Source of the DNA: Kofleriaceae bacterium
GTDB taxonomy: Bacteria; Myxococcota_A; Polyangia; Haliangiales; Haliangiaceae
DNA length: 64,000 nucleotides
NCBI GenBank assembly: GCA_965215005.1
Contig: CBDCCZ010000018.1
Coordinates: 1-64,000, forward strand
Direction: 5' to 3'
In this document: one piece after another, positions 20,654-29,961 of the stretch
Layout: every line of letters starts with the position of its first letter
Numbering within the stretch: position 1 is the first letter of the stretch
Position numbers and translations under genes: made by a program
Notes under the pieces: model-generated
Told to the model about the DNA's origin: nothing
Seen by the model: only the letters and a program-made list of their open reading frames with translations
Database searches by the model: none

Positions 20654-21700
20654 CTACAAGCGTTCTACTAACGTGAGAAACTCTTTACAGATCACTTCCG
20701 GCGACAGCTTTCGTGCAAGCGATTGGTGCAAGCGGTCACGATAACCCATCGGAGTTGGCCCAACATCGAACACATGACCGACTTCTACGGCAGCGCGTTG
20801 ATAATCGCCGAATGGATATAGCCTGAGCATGACTCTATCCGCGCACACCTCAGCGATCGCGCCAACGTCGCTGGCAACGACAGGACAGCCGCACATTAAC
20901 GCCTCCGCTACAGCCATGCCGAAAGACTCACAACGGCTCGTGACAAGGAGAAGGCCGCCACTCGCCGCTGCGATCTGGTAAATCCGAGCCATCGTGCCGT
21001 AAGGCACTTGATCTAGCCAACGCAGCTGCGTACCCAACCCCGCCTTGAAGGATTCGTTCAGAAGGTTCTGCTTCACCTCGTTCGGCGCAGTCGCACCACC
21101 AACCAGCCAGAGCTCGGGTCGCATGCCCTTGAGGGCGAGAGCGGCTCCCACCTCGACCAAGCCGCGCCAATTTTTGTGCTCGTCAAGCTTACCGACCCAA
21201 AGAACAATCGGCGGTTCCACGTGACTCCTGCGCACAGGATAAAAGGTAGCCGCCGCGACGCAGTTGCTCCACTGATGGATCGGAAATCTAGCGCCAAGGT
21301 GCGCGCTCACGATCCGGGAGGAGTACGCCGACGGCACTAGGATGGCGTCAACTCCGGGCAGCTCGCCACCTAAGGAGCGTAGGCCAGCGGGATAGGTGGT
21401 ATGGACCTCTAGGACGACTCTTCGCAGAGTCCGCGCTTTGCGCGCAGCCCCGAGTAATTCTGGAGTATCGATTACCGATAGGACATCGACGCGCTCCCGG
21501 TCGCAGTACCGTGCCAGAGCGGCCGCGCTATCGACGAAACACACTCGTTCGCCAGCCAAGGTCCCCGCGATTCCATGATCACTCATGAAAGCAAAATGAA
21601 GCTCTACCTCCGGCACCGAACCAAAACCGCTGACGCGATTCCTCAGCTGGGTGCAAACTCCGCCAAGGATCCCGTAGCGATAAGCGAATAGGATCTTCAT
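20654..21700 (-). CDS. GT4 family glycosyltransferase
   Basis: VGKLDEHKN and ESFGMAVAEALMCGCPVVASDVG motifs. Confidence 0.9.
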   Translation of the reverse strand: MKILFAYRYGILGGVCTQLRNRVSGFGSVPEVELHFAFMSDHGIAGTLAGERVCFVDSAAALARYCDRERVDVLSVIDTPELLGAARKARTLRRVVLEVHTTYPAGLRSLGGELPGVDAILVPSAYSSRIVSAHLGARFPIHQWSNCVAAATFYPVRRSHVEPPIVLWVGKLDEHKNWRGLVEVGAALALKGMRPELWLVGGATAPNEVKQNLLNESFKAGLGTQLRWLDQVPYGTMARIYQIAAASGGLLLVTSRCESFGMAVAEALMCGCPVVASDVGAIAEVCADRVMLRLYPFGDYQRAAVEVGHVFDVGPTPMGYRDRLHQSLARKLSPEVICKEFLTLVERL

Positions 21701-22440
21701 TCCAGCCGAGAGAGCAAATCGAGAGGAGAGGACACACGTGCTGCATAGGACGACGCCACCCTCAGTAGCTGCTCAGCGCCCTGCGAAGCGGTTACCGCGC
21801 CTCCGCAAGCGACCTCCGGCCACAGCTCCACCCGGAGGTTAGGAGCAAGAGCTACGACTTCATCGAATAGTTCCGCTGATCTACAATAAGCGATGTCACA
21901 GTTATTGAGAACATACGACGCAATTGCCATTGAGCCACTGTCGCCCAGGCCTCGGCCAGGTGCCAGCGACCAATCCTCGTCGCAAATACAGATCGTAAAC
22001 CAGCCGCTCGAATTAAACCGATTCAGCACCTGCGCGATCCAGAGACTCGGCACGCCAATGATGCAGAGCTTGATTCCTTCGACCTGCATTCCATTCAGCG
22101 CGTCAATGAGATACCCCATGGGTAGAGAAAAATGGACATCGTGGTTGGCGAATACACCCAGAGATCGGCAGTTTCCGCCTCCACGCGAGACAATCGCGTG
22201 GCGCTCTAGGAACGTGCGGCAGTACAGGTCGGCCACCGTTCCAGAGGCACGCCACGGTCGATCATCGATCCAGCAAACGAACTCCGCCCGCGGCCGCGCG
22301 CCAGCCTCGCTGAGCGCCCTCTGTACCGCCGCCTTGCGTTGCTGCGCCAAAAGTGTTCTCACGCGATTGAGACGCTTTCGCGCAAAGCCCGCAGAGAAAC
22401 GTAGCGGGTGACGAAATAATTTGCCGATAAATTGTCCCAC
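21697..22440 (-). CDS. Hypothetical capsule-locus protein, possibly a GT-B N-terminal half-domain
   Basis: Coupled between two GT genes; ICDEDW and CDIAYCRSAEL resemble GT-B elements. Confidence 0.55.
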   Translation of the reverse strand: MGQFIGKLFRHPLRFSAGFARKRLNRVRTLLAQQRKAAVQRALSEAGARPRAEFVCWIDDRPWRASGTVADLYCRTFLERHAIVSRGGGNCRSLGVFANHDVHFSLPMGYLIDALNGMQVEGIKLCIIGVPSLWIAQVLNRFNSSGWFTICICDEDWSLAPGRGLGDSGSMAIASYVLNNCDIAYCRSAELFDEVVALAPNLRVELWPEVACGGAVTASQGAEQLLRVASSYAARVSSPLDLLSRLE

Positions 22441-22445
22441 GACAC

Positions 22446-25400
22446 TTACTCAACCGCAGACGACCCACCGGCGCGTGCGTTAGATAATCTAGCAACTCTC
22501 CTCATGCTGCACAACCACCGGTAGGCCTCGACTTTGCTCGCCTTCCCAAACCTTTTGATTGTTCCCGATGGGCGCTGCTCCGTATACTTGTAAATCGGCT
22601 TATGGATAATACGGATATTTTCGGGACCGCACTGCTCAAGAAGAGGCAGCATCAATGCAACATCCGTACAATGCTTTAGCCAATCGCCGTCCGGCCCCTT
22701 AAGACCTTGCGGATCGACCCCATTAGCAAGAAAGCGGCGAAAAGATCGCGGAGGGGCACACTTGAAGAACGGCGCCTCGCGATATGCGGATAGCTCCACC
22801 GTCCGTTCGTTGTAGAATTCAAGTGGATTCTTTCGCCCAGCAGAGCTCATCCAGTTTCCGGAGGTGAGCAGACATTGAGGCGAGACTAAATACTCATCCG
22901 CAATTACTCGTAACGCGTGCGGGAGAAGTACATCATCAAGATCGAGAAGAACGCACACTCGCTGCGGATCTTTGACGCGCTGCAAGAGTTCCCACCGCGA
23001 GTATGCCGGACCGTAATTACTCTCATTTCGATAAATTCGTCGGCGAGAGTCGGCGGGCAGGGCGCATAGCGACTTCCATGTGTCATCGTCAGATCCATCG
23101 TCCAGCATGAGAGCTTCCCAGCTGTAGTGCCCCGGTACCTGTTCTACAAGGGAGCGCCAACAGTCCGGCACATGCTCTTCGCAGTTCCACCCTGGGACGA
23201 TGATTGAGAATTGGATCTGTGGAGCCCCGAGCAGCGCGGCGATCTGATGAACATCACCGCCGCGCACACGCGCCGACTCCAGTCTACCGCGCGGCGCCAC
23301 AACCTCGGCTGCGATGCGATGGATCGGTTCGAATGCCGACGCGGACCAAGGACCATGTGCCTGCGCGACGTGCGTCTCACCGGAGTCATCACGGCGAGCG
23401 TGAGCGAAGATGGTTTCGCCTTCATGCCGAATGGGCGCCAACCAGTTCCTCGGACGACTCTGTGCGATGAGCGGGACTCTCTGTCGCCGCGCCTGTATGG
23501 CAAACCATAGATCCGCAACACCGCGAGTCTTGAACTCATCGAACGCGATCTGCAGCGTTGAAGTATGATAAGCAATCGTCCCCGTTCCGAGGAGATGCAC
23601 GAACGCATCCTGAAGCAAGGCGTCGCCGAAGTGGAACACTTCTCGGCTCTCAGTGTAGCGCTGCAGCGGGTTGGCGAGATTGACACCGTGAACACCCACC
23701 ACAGCACGTCGATCGTACTGCTCGATCTTCATGATCGATCGCTGTACAAAGTCGCGCGGGTAGATGATGTCGTCATCTACAGTAAGATGGTACCCTGTCG
23801 CTACGCGCTCCGACCAGAAGAACTTGCCATTGTCCTTCTGATCACCGTACTCCTGGCTTCTAGCGACTTCGATGCGAGCGTCTTTCAGGAAATGAGGGAT
23901 CTCATTAAACCCGTTCAGGTACACGTTCAGCCTATCGACCTGCGGCAGCAGAGTGCTTACCACCTGTTCCAGGAGTTGCACCCTAGAAGGTATGGTTGCC
24001 ATCGACGCCGTGACGTACTGATCCTGCTGCACGGTGCGAGTAGGAAGAATGTCCACAGGCGCGGGAAATTTCCTGCGAAGTAGCGGGAACTCCAGACGCA
24101 GCGACGCCCCATCTGCGGATGCCTCCTGATGCCATTGGCGGGCAGCAGCGTAGTACTCGCGACGTGCCGCGGGTATCTGCACTTTTCCCATATCATCAAC
24201 TGTGATTCGTCCCACGCCGGCCGCAGTCAAGGCTCCGGCCGTAGAATAGGCGATGTAGAGAACGTGAGGAAGCCTGAGACACTTTTTACCAATTGATGTC
24301 TCGAGCCGCGCGATGAACTCGTCGTCGGCGCCAATCCGAGTCGAGTCGAAATAGCCGATACGGTCCAACACCGGTCTCCGTCTGAACAGCACTGCTGCTG
24401 GCGCCCGACGGTTCAACTTTCCCGCAACCACCTGCGGTTGTCCATCCATTGTTGCGCGTTGATATAGGCATATGCTGATCAGCTCATTAGTCTCCCGGAT
24501 CAGGTGGCCAACCTGCAGTTCGAGCCGGTGTCCTAGCGAGACGTCGTCCGAATCGTGCAGTGCCACCAACTCGCCGGTTGCTGCTGAAATTCCCAGATTC
24601 TTCGCAACGTAAGTTCCACTATTGCGCGGCGTCTGCAGTATCTTGATACGAGGGTCGTGATTGGCCTTGCGCCGCGCCACCTCCAGAGAATTATCGGTGC
24701 TGCAATCGTCTACTAAAATTAGCTCGATATTACTGTAACTCTGCTCCATCACGGAATCTATAGCCTGAGCGAGAGTAGATTCCGTGTTGAAGACCGTCAT
24801 GACGACGGAGACAGTCTGTGTCTGCGCGGCGAGTTGGCGCCCGACGTGCGCGAACCAGTCCGGCTTGCGCTCGAAGCAAAGCACGCTCACGAGTGGCCCT
24901 TCGCGTCGCGCAATTGGTGCGCCGACAGGAGGCCCAGCGTAGACGAAGTACCCCGAGAAATTCTCGCTATCTATGAACGTAGCGTTCGACTGCTTTACGA
25001 TGCCTACATCATCCAATGCCTGGACGAGCCGCGAAACATTGGGTCCAATGACCAGTGTTTCGATTTGGTTCAAGCCTCCGATCGCCAGATCTTCGATCAA
25101 TCTAGGCCTAAGTCTTGGTATGTACCGAATTATGCGAAGGCTCGCCGACCGAGTGCTACACGGCTCGGGCGCCATAGACGCGACAGCGTTCAGCAGTTGC
25201 TGGGGCAATTCTGTAGCGATGTACTTCGTGACTGCATCCTGCGACAGCACGACTAAATGACGGCTAACTCTCCAGCCCGAGGCAGCAGGCGCCAACCGAA
25301 ATTCCCGAAGTCCACCTAGGGGGATGTCGATAGCGCTTCGTATGGCTCTAGCATTGGTCTTCGTCGCGTCCCCGACCACCACCACGGCAGAACCTAGTGC

Positions 25401-26981
25401 CCGAGCCAGTCCGTAACGAAGGATGGCTGAAAGAGATGCCGATGCGGCAAACAGGTAAACCCGCGTACGAAGCGTCGGGAGACTGCTCATAAACGTGCAA
25501 AGCTCGCGGGCCTCCTTGGGACCAGCCAACAGCAGCAATTCATGCTCTGCCGACAACGCTCGCTCGTATTGTTTAACTGCGGCCAGCTGAGCACGAACAT
25601 CGCCGATCACCAACACGATAACCGAAGCTTTTGGGAGGACCCACTCCGCGTCGCCAAGGCTGCTGGAACTATCCTTAGCGAGACGTCGGTAGGCGTTGAG
25701 GCCCCACCGGTTCAGGATCGGGTTCTTGGCATCGGTAAGAAAACGTTCTGGCTTACTGATTAGCTTCACGAGCTTGCGAGCATAAACGGCCGGAGTCGCG
25801 GCCTCGGCCTGGTTTTCGCGATGCCTTTGCTGCAGTATGCTGTTTAGATACCGTGAATCGAGCACGAAGCGCTCCGGGTTCCTGCGAAGCTTTTGAGCCT
25901 TTTGTATCCCACGAACAGCCAGCGGACGCGCCTGCAGCTCTCGAGCCCTTACCAGACCATCTAGGCGATCAGCGAGAGACCCCTGGTGCCGGCTCATCTC
26001 ATGGACGCGAGAGGAGAGATTTTGGGTACTTCGCCGCAGTTCCTCGAGCACTTCGGCAATCTTGCTCATATCAGAGCTCAGCAGCGAGAGTGTTTGACGG
26101 CTTGTGCTTCGATTAGCTTCCTGCCACACGATCACCTCGTGCTCGAGTTTGCGGGTGCTCTTGCCCAATACCCCAACCGTAGAGTCGAGCTCTCTTAGGT
26201 GCGCAGACACTCGACGCATCTTAACGCCAATTCCTCTCAGCTCTGCCGCAGTGGCGTAATGGGCCTGAGCGCGCTGCTGATTGAGTACTTGTGGAGTAGG
26301 CCCGTGTGGGTCAAAAAATAGGGTAGGTGTGGCGTTGAACTGGCCAGCCGCAGCGTATCCCCAACCCGCGAGCCGCGCTTGAACTGTCGCAAACGATGCA
26401 TACGTAGCGCACTCGACGAATAAGAACGGTAGATCTCGACGAATGACCCCAGCCGCTCCTTCTAAGACGGCTTCCTCCATTCCCTCGACATCAATCTTCA
26501 TTAATCGGACTGGTCCCGGCAGTTCGAGCTCGTCTAAAGCGACGACAGTTACTGGGCCATCGCTGAGCTTCAAGCGGCATGTACCGAGGTTTCCGCTCGC
26601 TCCAGCCAGATCCAAAGACGCAGTCTGCTGCGCAGCTCCGAGCCCCATCGAGTGGGCCTGGATAGCATCTACCTGATTGTTGATCTCGATGTTCGCGGTA
26701 AGAACGTCGAATGCTTCCGGGTTAGGCTCGAAGGCGTGAACAGCCGCGCCACAGACGTTGGCGAAGAAGAGCGTGTGATTGCCGATGTAGGCTCCAGCAT
26801 CGATTACGATGTCCCCAGGTTGCAAGAGCGCGCGACAGTGCTCCAGCATGTCCTGCTCGTAGAACGAGCCGCTGTCGGCGATGTGGCGCTGAATGTGGTC
26901 GGACTGTCGATGCGGCAGATAGAACCGCGTAATGATGCCGTGTAGATCGATTGTTACGTCGGAGTTATTTCTTTCGGTCAT
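22446..26981 (-). CDS. Multidomain polysaccharide synthase: FkbM methyltransferase, coiled coil, GT2, GT45 (KfiA-like), GT2
   Basis: IDAGAYIGNH/AFEP/KIDVEG; VSVVM..VDDCSTD..GTYVAKN..DSDD; ATIPSR..DNGKF..DDDIIYP..LGTGT; FSIIVP..DDGSDD..DLDD. Confidence 0.9.
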   Translation of the reverse strand: MTERNNSDVTIDLHGIITRFYLPHRQSDHIQRHIADSGSFYEQDMLEHCRALLQPGDIVIDAGAYIGNHTLFFANVCGAAVHAFEPNPEAFDVLTANIEINNQVDAIQAHSMGLGAAQQTASLDLAGASGNLGTCRLKLSDGPVTVVALDELELPGPVRLMKIDVEGMEEAVLEGAAGVIRRDLPFLFVECATYASFATVQARLAGWGYAAAGQFNATPTLFFDPHGPTPQVLNQQRAQAHYATAAELRGIGVKMRRVSAHLRELDSTVGVLGKSTRKLEHEVIVWQEANRSTSRQTLSLLSSDMSKIAEVLEELRRSTQNLSSRVHEMSRHQGSLADRLDGLVRARELQARPLAVRGIQKAQKLRRNPERFVLDSRYLNSILQQRHRENQAEAATPAVYARKLVKLISKPERFLTDAKNPILNRWGLNAYRRLAKDSSSSLGDAEWVLPKASVIVLVIGDVRAQLAAVKQYERALSAEHELLLLAGPKEARELCTFMSSLPTLRTRVYLFAASASLSAILRYGLARALGSAVVVVGDATKTNARAIRSAIDIPLGGLREFRLAPAASGWRVSRHLVVLSQDAVTKYIATELPQQLLNAVASMAPEPCSTRSASLRIIRYIPRLRPRLIEDLAIGGLNQIETLVIGPNVSRLVQALDDVGIVKQSNATFIDSENFSGYFVYAGPPVGAPIARREGPLVSVLCFERKPDWFAHVGRQLAAQTQTVSVVMTVFNTESTLAQAIDSVMEQSYSNIELILVDDCSTDNSLEVARRKANHDPRIKILQTPRNSGTYVAKNLGISAATGELVALHDSDDVSLGHRLELQVGHLIRETNELISICLYQRATMDGQPQVVAGKLNRRAPAAVLFRRRPVLDRIGYFDSTRIGADDEFIARLETSIGKKCLRLPHVLYIAYSTAGALTAAGVGRITVDDMGKVQIPAARREYYAAARQWHQEASADGASLRLEFPLLRRKFPAPVDILPTRTVQQDQYVTASMATIPSRVQLLEQVVSTLLPQVDRLNVYLNGFNEIPHFLKDARIEVARSQEYGDQKDNGKFFWSERVATGYHLTVDDDIIYPRDFVQRSIMKIEQYDRRAVVGVHGVNLANPLQRYTESREVFHFGDALLQDAFVHLLGTGTIAYHTSTLQIAFDEFKTRGVADLWFAIQARRQRVPLIAQSRPRNWLAPIRHEGETIFAHARRDDSGETHVAQAHGPWSASAFEPIHRIAAEVVAPRGRLESARVRGGDVHQIAALLGAPQIQFSIIVPGWNCEEHVPDCWRSLVEQVPGHYSWEALMLDDGSDDDTWKSLCALPADSRRRIYRNESNYGPAYSRWELLQRVKDPQRVCVLLDLDDVLLPHALRVIADEYLVSPQCLLTSGNWMSSAGRKNPLEFYNERTVELSAYREAPFFKCAPPRSFRRFLANGVDPQGLKGPDGDWLKHCTDVALMLPLLEQCGPENIRIIHKPIYKYTEQRPSGTIKRFGKASKVEAYRWLCSMRRVARLSNARAGGSSAVE

Positions 26982-27067
26982 GCAAGTTCCTCGCCAGAGT
27001 CCAAGACTCGAACGTCAGTGCGTGAGCCGTGCGCCGTCGAAGATGATTGCATACCTCAGCCGCACGT

Positions 27068-28714
27068 TCAGCCGCCTGCAGGTGGTGCGTCCGCATCTGC
27101 GGCTCCGATCCCTTCAAGGGCATAGCTTCGTAAGAACTGGTATCTGCGCTGCAGTTCCGGCGCGTCTTCTGCTCGTGTAGACCAGCCGTGCTGCGCCAAT
27201 ACGGCTCGTTCGAACAGCAAGAACGGCGGCACCGGAGCCTTCGCACGGCCTCGCGCGGGTCGGCCAGGACACAGGCTGAAGACGTCTGCCGCGGCGAGAC
27301 GACGCGCCGCCACCATGGACAGTAAAGAATCGAGGTCGATACTGCCTTTCGGTGCGACGCATGCGACGTAAGGGGCCCCGACGCGGCGAGCGAGCGACTG
27401 GAAATCCATCATCTCCGAGGCATCTGTGCCCTGGGTCACCACCACGCGACCGGGAGCCGCCCCAGTCAATGTCTCGATTGCCTGCGCCGTCATCGGCTGT
27501 TCTAGATGACGCAGGATCACGTGCGCGCGCCAGAATGAAGGAGTCTCAGCGATCAATGCCGCGATGAATCGCGCTTCGTCTAGACCTCGTACGCAGCTTG
27601 CGACCACGATCGGCGGCGGTCCTTGGCGTGCCGATTCGAGCCCACTTTCCCTCAGCAACTGCCAGAGTCGATGCTCGTAGGTGTGATGTGCGAGTACCTG
27701 AAGAATCCCTTGCGCCGAACACCTGTCCCGATGAGCCTCATCCTCAAGCACCCTGTCGATCGCCGCGCGGGCTTCCTCGGTGGAGCCAACTGTGGCGACG
27801 ATGCCGCCAAAGAAGGAGTCGATGGCAGCGCTCGGCGCGCTCACGACGCACGCGCCGCAGGCAAGCATCTCGAACACGCGGCGCGAGAACATAGTCGGCG
27901 ACCCGGCCACTGAGTTGACATTGAGTGCCACCTTGCAGCGCCGATACTGCTCGGCCAGGTCACGGTAATCGAGCGCCCCGCGGACATAGGGTGCGAAGCG
28001 CGACGGGAACGCTTTCTCGGAGTCGCGCAGGGTCGCATTGCGGTCATAGATCTCCAGACGCCGATGCGACGACGCGTCGAGGAGCATCTCGAGATCCCGA
28101 CGCCGCTGAGGAAAATGCTGCTCGCCATAAGAACCGGCAAAACAGACCACATCCTGGCGCGACACGTTCCGCGGGTGGTAGAGACGCGGCTGAACCGCAA
28201 ATGGAAGCACGTGGACTCGATCTGCCGCCAGGCCGCAGACGCGTCGATAATCCTGCACTTTATCGGCATCTGTGGTGAAGACATAATCGAACAAGGCAGC
28301 CGCGGCAGCGAAGCGCTCGAAATGAGGCGGATCCTCTTTATTCCAAAACAGCGTCGGGATGGCGCGTCGGCGGCAATGCTGAATCAGCGACGATAGCGTA
28401 TCGTCATGCCGCCCCGCGTAGCTGGCGAGCCTGTAACTCCACGAGCCTCGCGCACCGCGCCACGCTGACTCGACGAATAGGACATCTGGCCGAAAAAGCT
28501 GGAGCTGCGCGCGCCAGGCACGTGCGTCGAGGTTGCAGAGTGTGACTTCGGGCGCTATCGAGAGTGCGGTGAATTCGTCGACCACTGCCGCAACGCGCAG
28601 CCGCTCGAGCGCAGTGTCCCCATTAGGCGGTCGCAATGCATTCCTTACGGCCCCCGGAAGGTCGCGAGCGGCGGCGACCGCGCGCTTTGCAGCTCGCCAA
28701 CTAGGTTTGGACAA
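27068..28714 (-). CDS. CgeB/Glyco_trans_1_2-type glycosyltransferase
   Basis: VDEFT, PDVLFVESAW, FWNKEDP, LNVNSV, FSRRVFEMLACG, HTYEHR. Confidence 0.85.
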   Translation of the reverse strand: MSKPSWRAAKRAVAAARDLPGAVRNALRPPNGDTALERLRVAAVVDEFTALSIAPEVTLCNLDARAWRAQLQLFRPDVLFVESAWRGARGSWSYRLASYAGRHDDTLSSLIQHCRRRAIPTLFWNKEDPPHFERFAAAAALFDYVFTTDADKVQDYRRVCGLAADRVHVLPFAVQPRLYHPRNVSRQDVVCFAGSYGEQHFPQRRRDLEMLLDASSHRRLEIYDRNATLRDSEKAFPSRFAPYVRGALDYRDLAEQYRRCKVALNVNSVAGSPTMFSRRVFEMLACGACVVSAPSAAIDSFFGGIVATVGSTEEARAAIDRVLEDEAHRDRCSAQGILQVLAHHTYEHRLWQLLRESGLESARQGPPPIVVASCVRGLDEARFIAALIAETPSFWRAHVILRHLEQPMTAQAIETLTGAAPGRVVVTQGTDASEMMDFQSLARRVGAPYVACVAPKGSIDLDSLLSMVAARRLAAADVFSLCPGRPARGRAKAPVPPFLLFERAVLAQHGWSTRAEDAPELQRRYQFLRSYALEGIGAADADAPPAGG

Positions 28715-28735
28715 AGATACCCACCCGCATCAGCG

Positions 28736-29944
28736 GTGACGACTCTACTTCAACCGATGGCCGAGCGGCCAGCAAGCTGGTACGCTCGCGCGATCGTGCT
28801 CTCCGTGGTCATCCCATTGCGCATCGAGCGGCGCACTGCCTATCTCACCGAGCGGCTACGCGCGGCGTTGCGCTTTTTTGCGCCGCATCGGGATGTCGAG
28901 GTCGTGGTCGTCGATAGCGGCAGCTCGCGGCGTTACCGGCGTCACATTGCCGCCGCGTGTGCGGGCGGCTCGGCGGTGCTGGTCAAGGACGATGCGCCGC
29001 AGCGCCCGTTTGCGCCGGGGCGAACCAGAAACGTGGGCGCCGAGCGAGCGTCGGGCGACCACGTGCTGTTCTACGACGCGGACCTGTGTCCGCAGCCGGA
29101 GCTGCTCGACGGCATCCGGAATTGGCTCGCTCAGCCGCGCGAGCGCACCGAGTTCTTGATGATTCCGTGCATTTACTTGACCGCGGCGGCAACCGAGCGC
29201 GTTGCGCCGGGCGGCGTCCCGCCGGCCGACGGCGTCGACCTGTCGCCGTACTTTGAGTCGCTGCTGCGCGGCGAGAACGCGCTGGTGCGTCACGTGGCGG
29301 TGAGCACCTCAACGGTGGTCGTGAACCGGCGCTACTTCTTGGAGCTGGGTGGCAACAATCCGATCTATCGCGGCCACGGCTGTGAGGACTTTGATCTCTT
29401 GCACCGGTTGGCGTCGTTTCAGCCGATCGGCGGGCGTCCCGATGACTATTACCAGGACGCCAAGGATCGCTTCCCGGGCAACTATCGCGGATTCCGCGCG
29501 TATCTGGTCCACTATGGGCTCGTTCACTTGTTCGAGGGCCTCTACACCGCGCATCTCTGGCATGAACGCCCCCTGCACATCGGCTACCACCGGCGGCGTC
29601 AACGCAACGAGGCGTTGCTGCAGGAGATGATGCGGCGGCACGATGCGAGCCGCAGCCCCGGCCCCGATCTTCCAGCGCCCTGGCAAGAAGGCGAAAACCG
29701 CTCTCCGGTGCCGTCCCCTGAGGCGCTGATCACGAGCCTTCTCGAGCAACACGGTTATGGTGTCGCCTCGCATTTTGGGTTGTTTCGATGGCAGCATGGA
29801 TTGAAGGAAGCGACCGGCTCGCCAATCGACAAAGTTCGCAAGCTGGTACTTCGGCCGCAGCGCTTCTTCCAAGACTCGCGCATCGCGCCGTTGCGGCGTC
29901 TGGCGCGCGCGTTCTCCGCCGCTGCGGAGCGACGCTCCGACTGA
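28736..29944 (+). CDS. GT2-like glycosyltransferase with GT7-C-type motif
   Basis: LSVVIP, VVDSGS, RNVGA, YDADL, GHGCEDFD, HLWH. Confidence 0.88.
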   Translation: MTTLLQPMAERPASWYARAIVLSVVIPLRIERRTAYLTERLRAALRFFAPHRDVEVVVVDSGSSRRYRRHIAAACAGGSAVLVKDDAPQRPFAPGRTRNVGAERASGDHVLFYDADLCPQPELLDGIRNWLAQPRERTEFLMIPCIYLTAAATERVAPGGVPPADGVDLSPYFESLLRGENALVRHVAVSTSTVVVNRRYFLELGGNNPIYRGHGCEDFDLLHRLASFQPIGGRPDDYYQDAKDRFPGNYRGFRAYLVHYGLVHLFEGLYTAHLWHERPLHIGYHRRRQRNEALLQEMMRRHDASRSPGPDLPAPWQEGENRSPVPSPEALITSLLEQHGYGVASHFGLFRWQHGLKEATGSPIDKVRKLVLRPQRFFQDSRIAPLRRLARAFSAAAERRSD

Positions 29945-29961
29945 GGTTCAGATCTGCGGGC

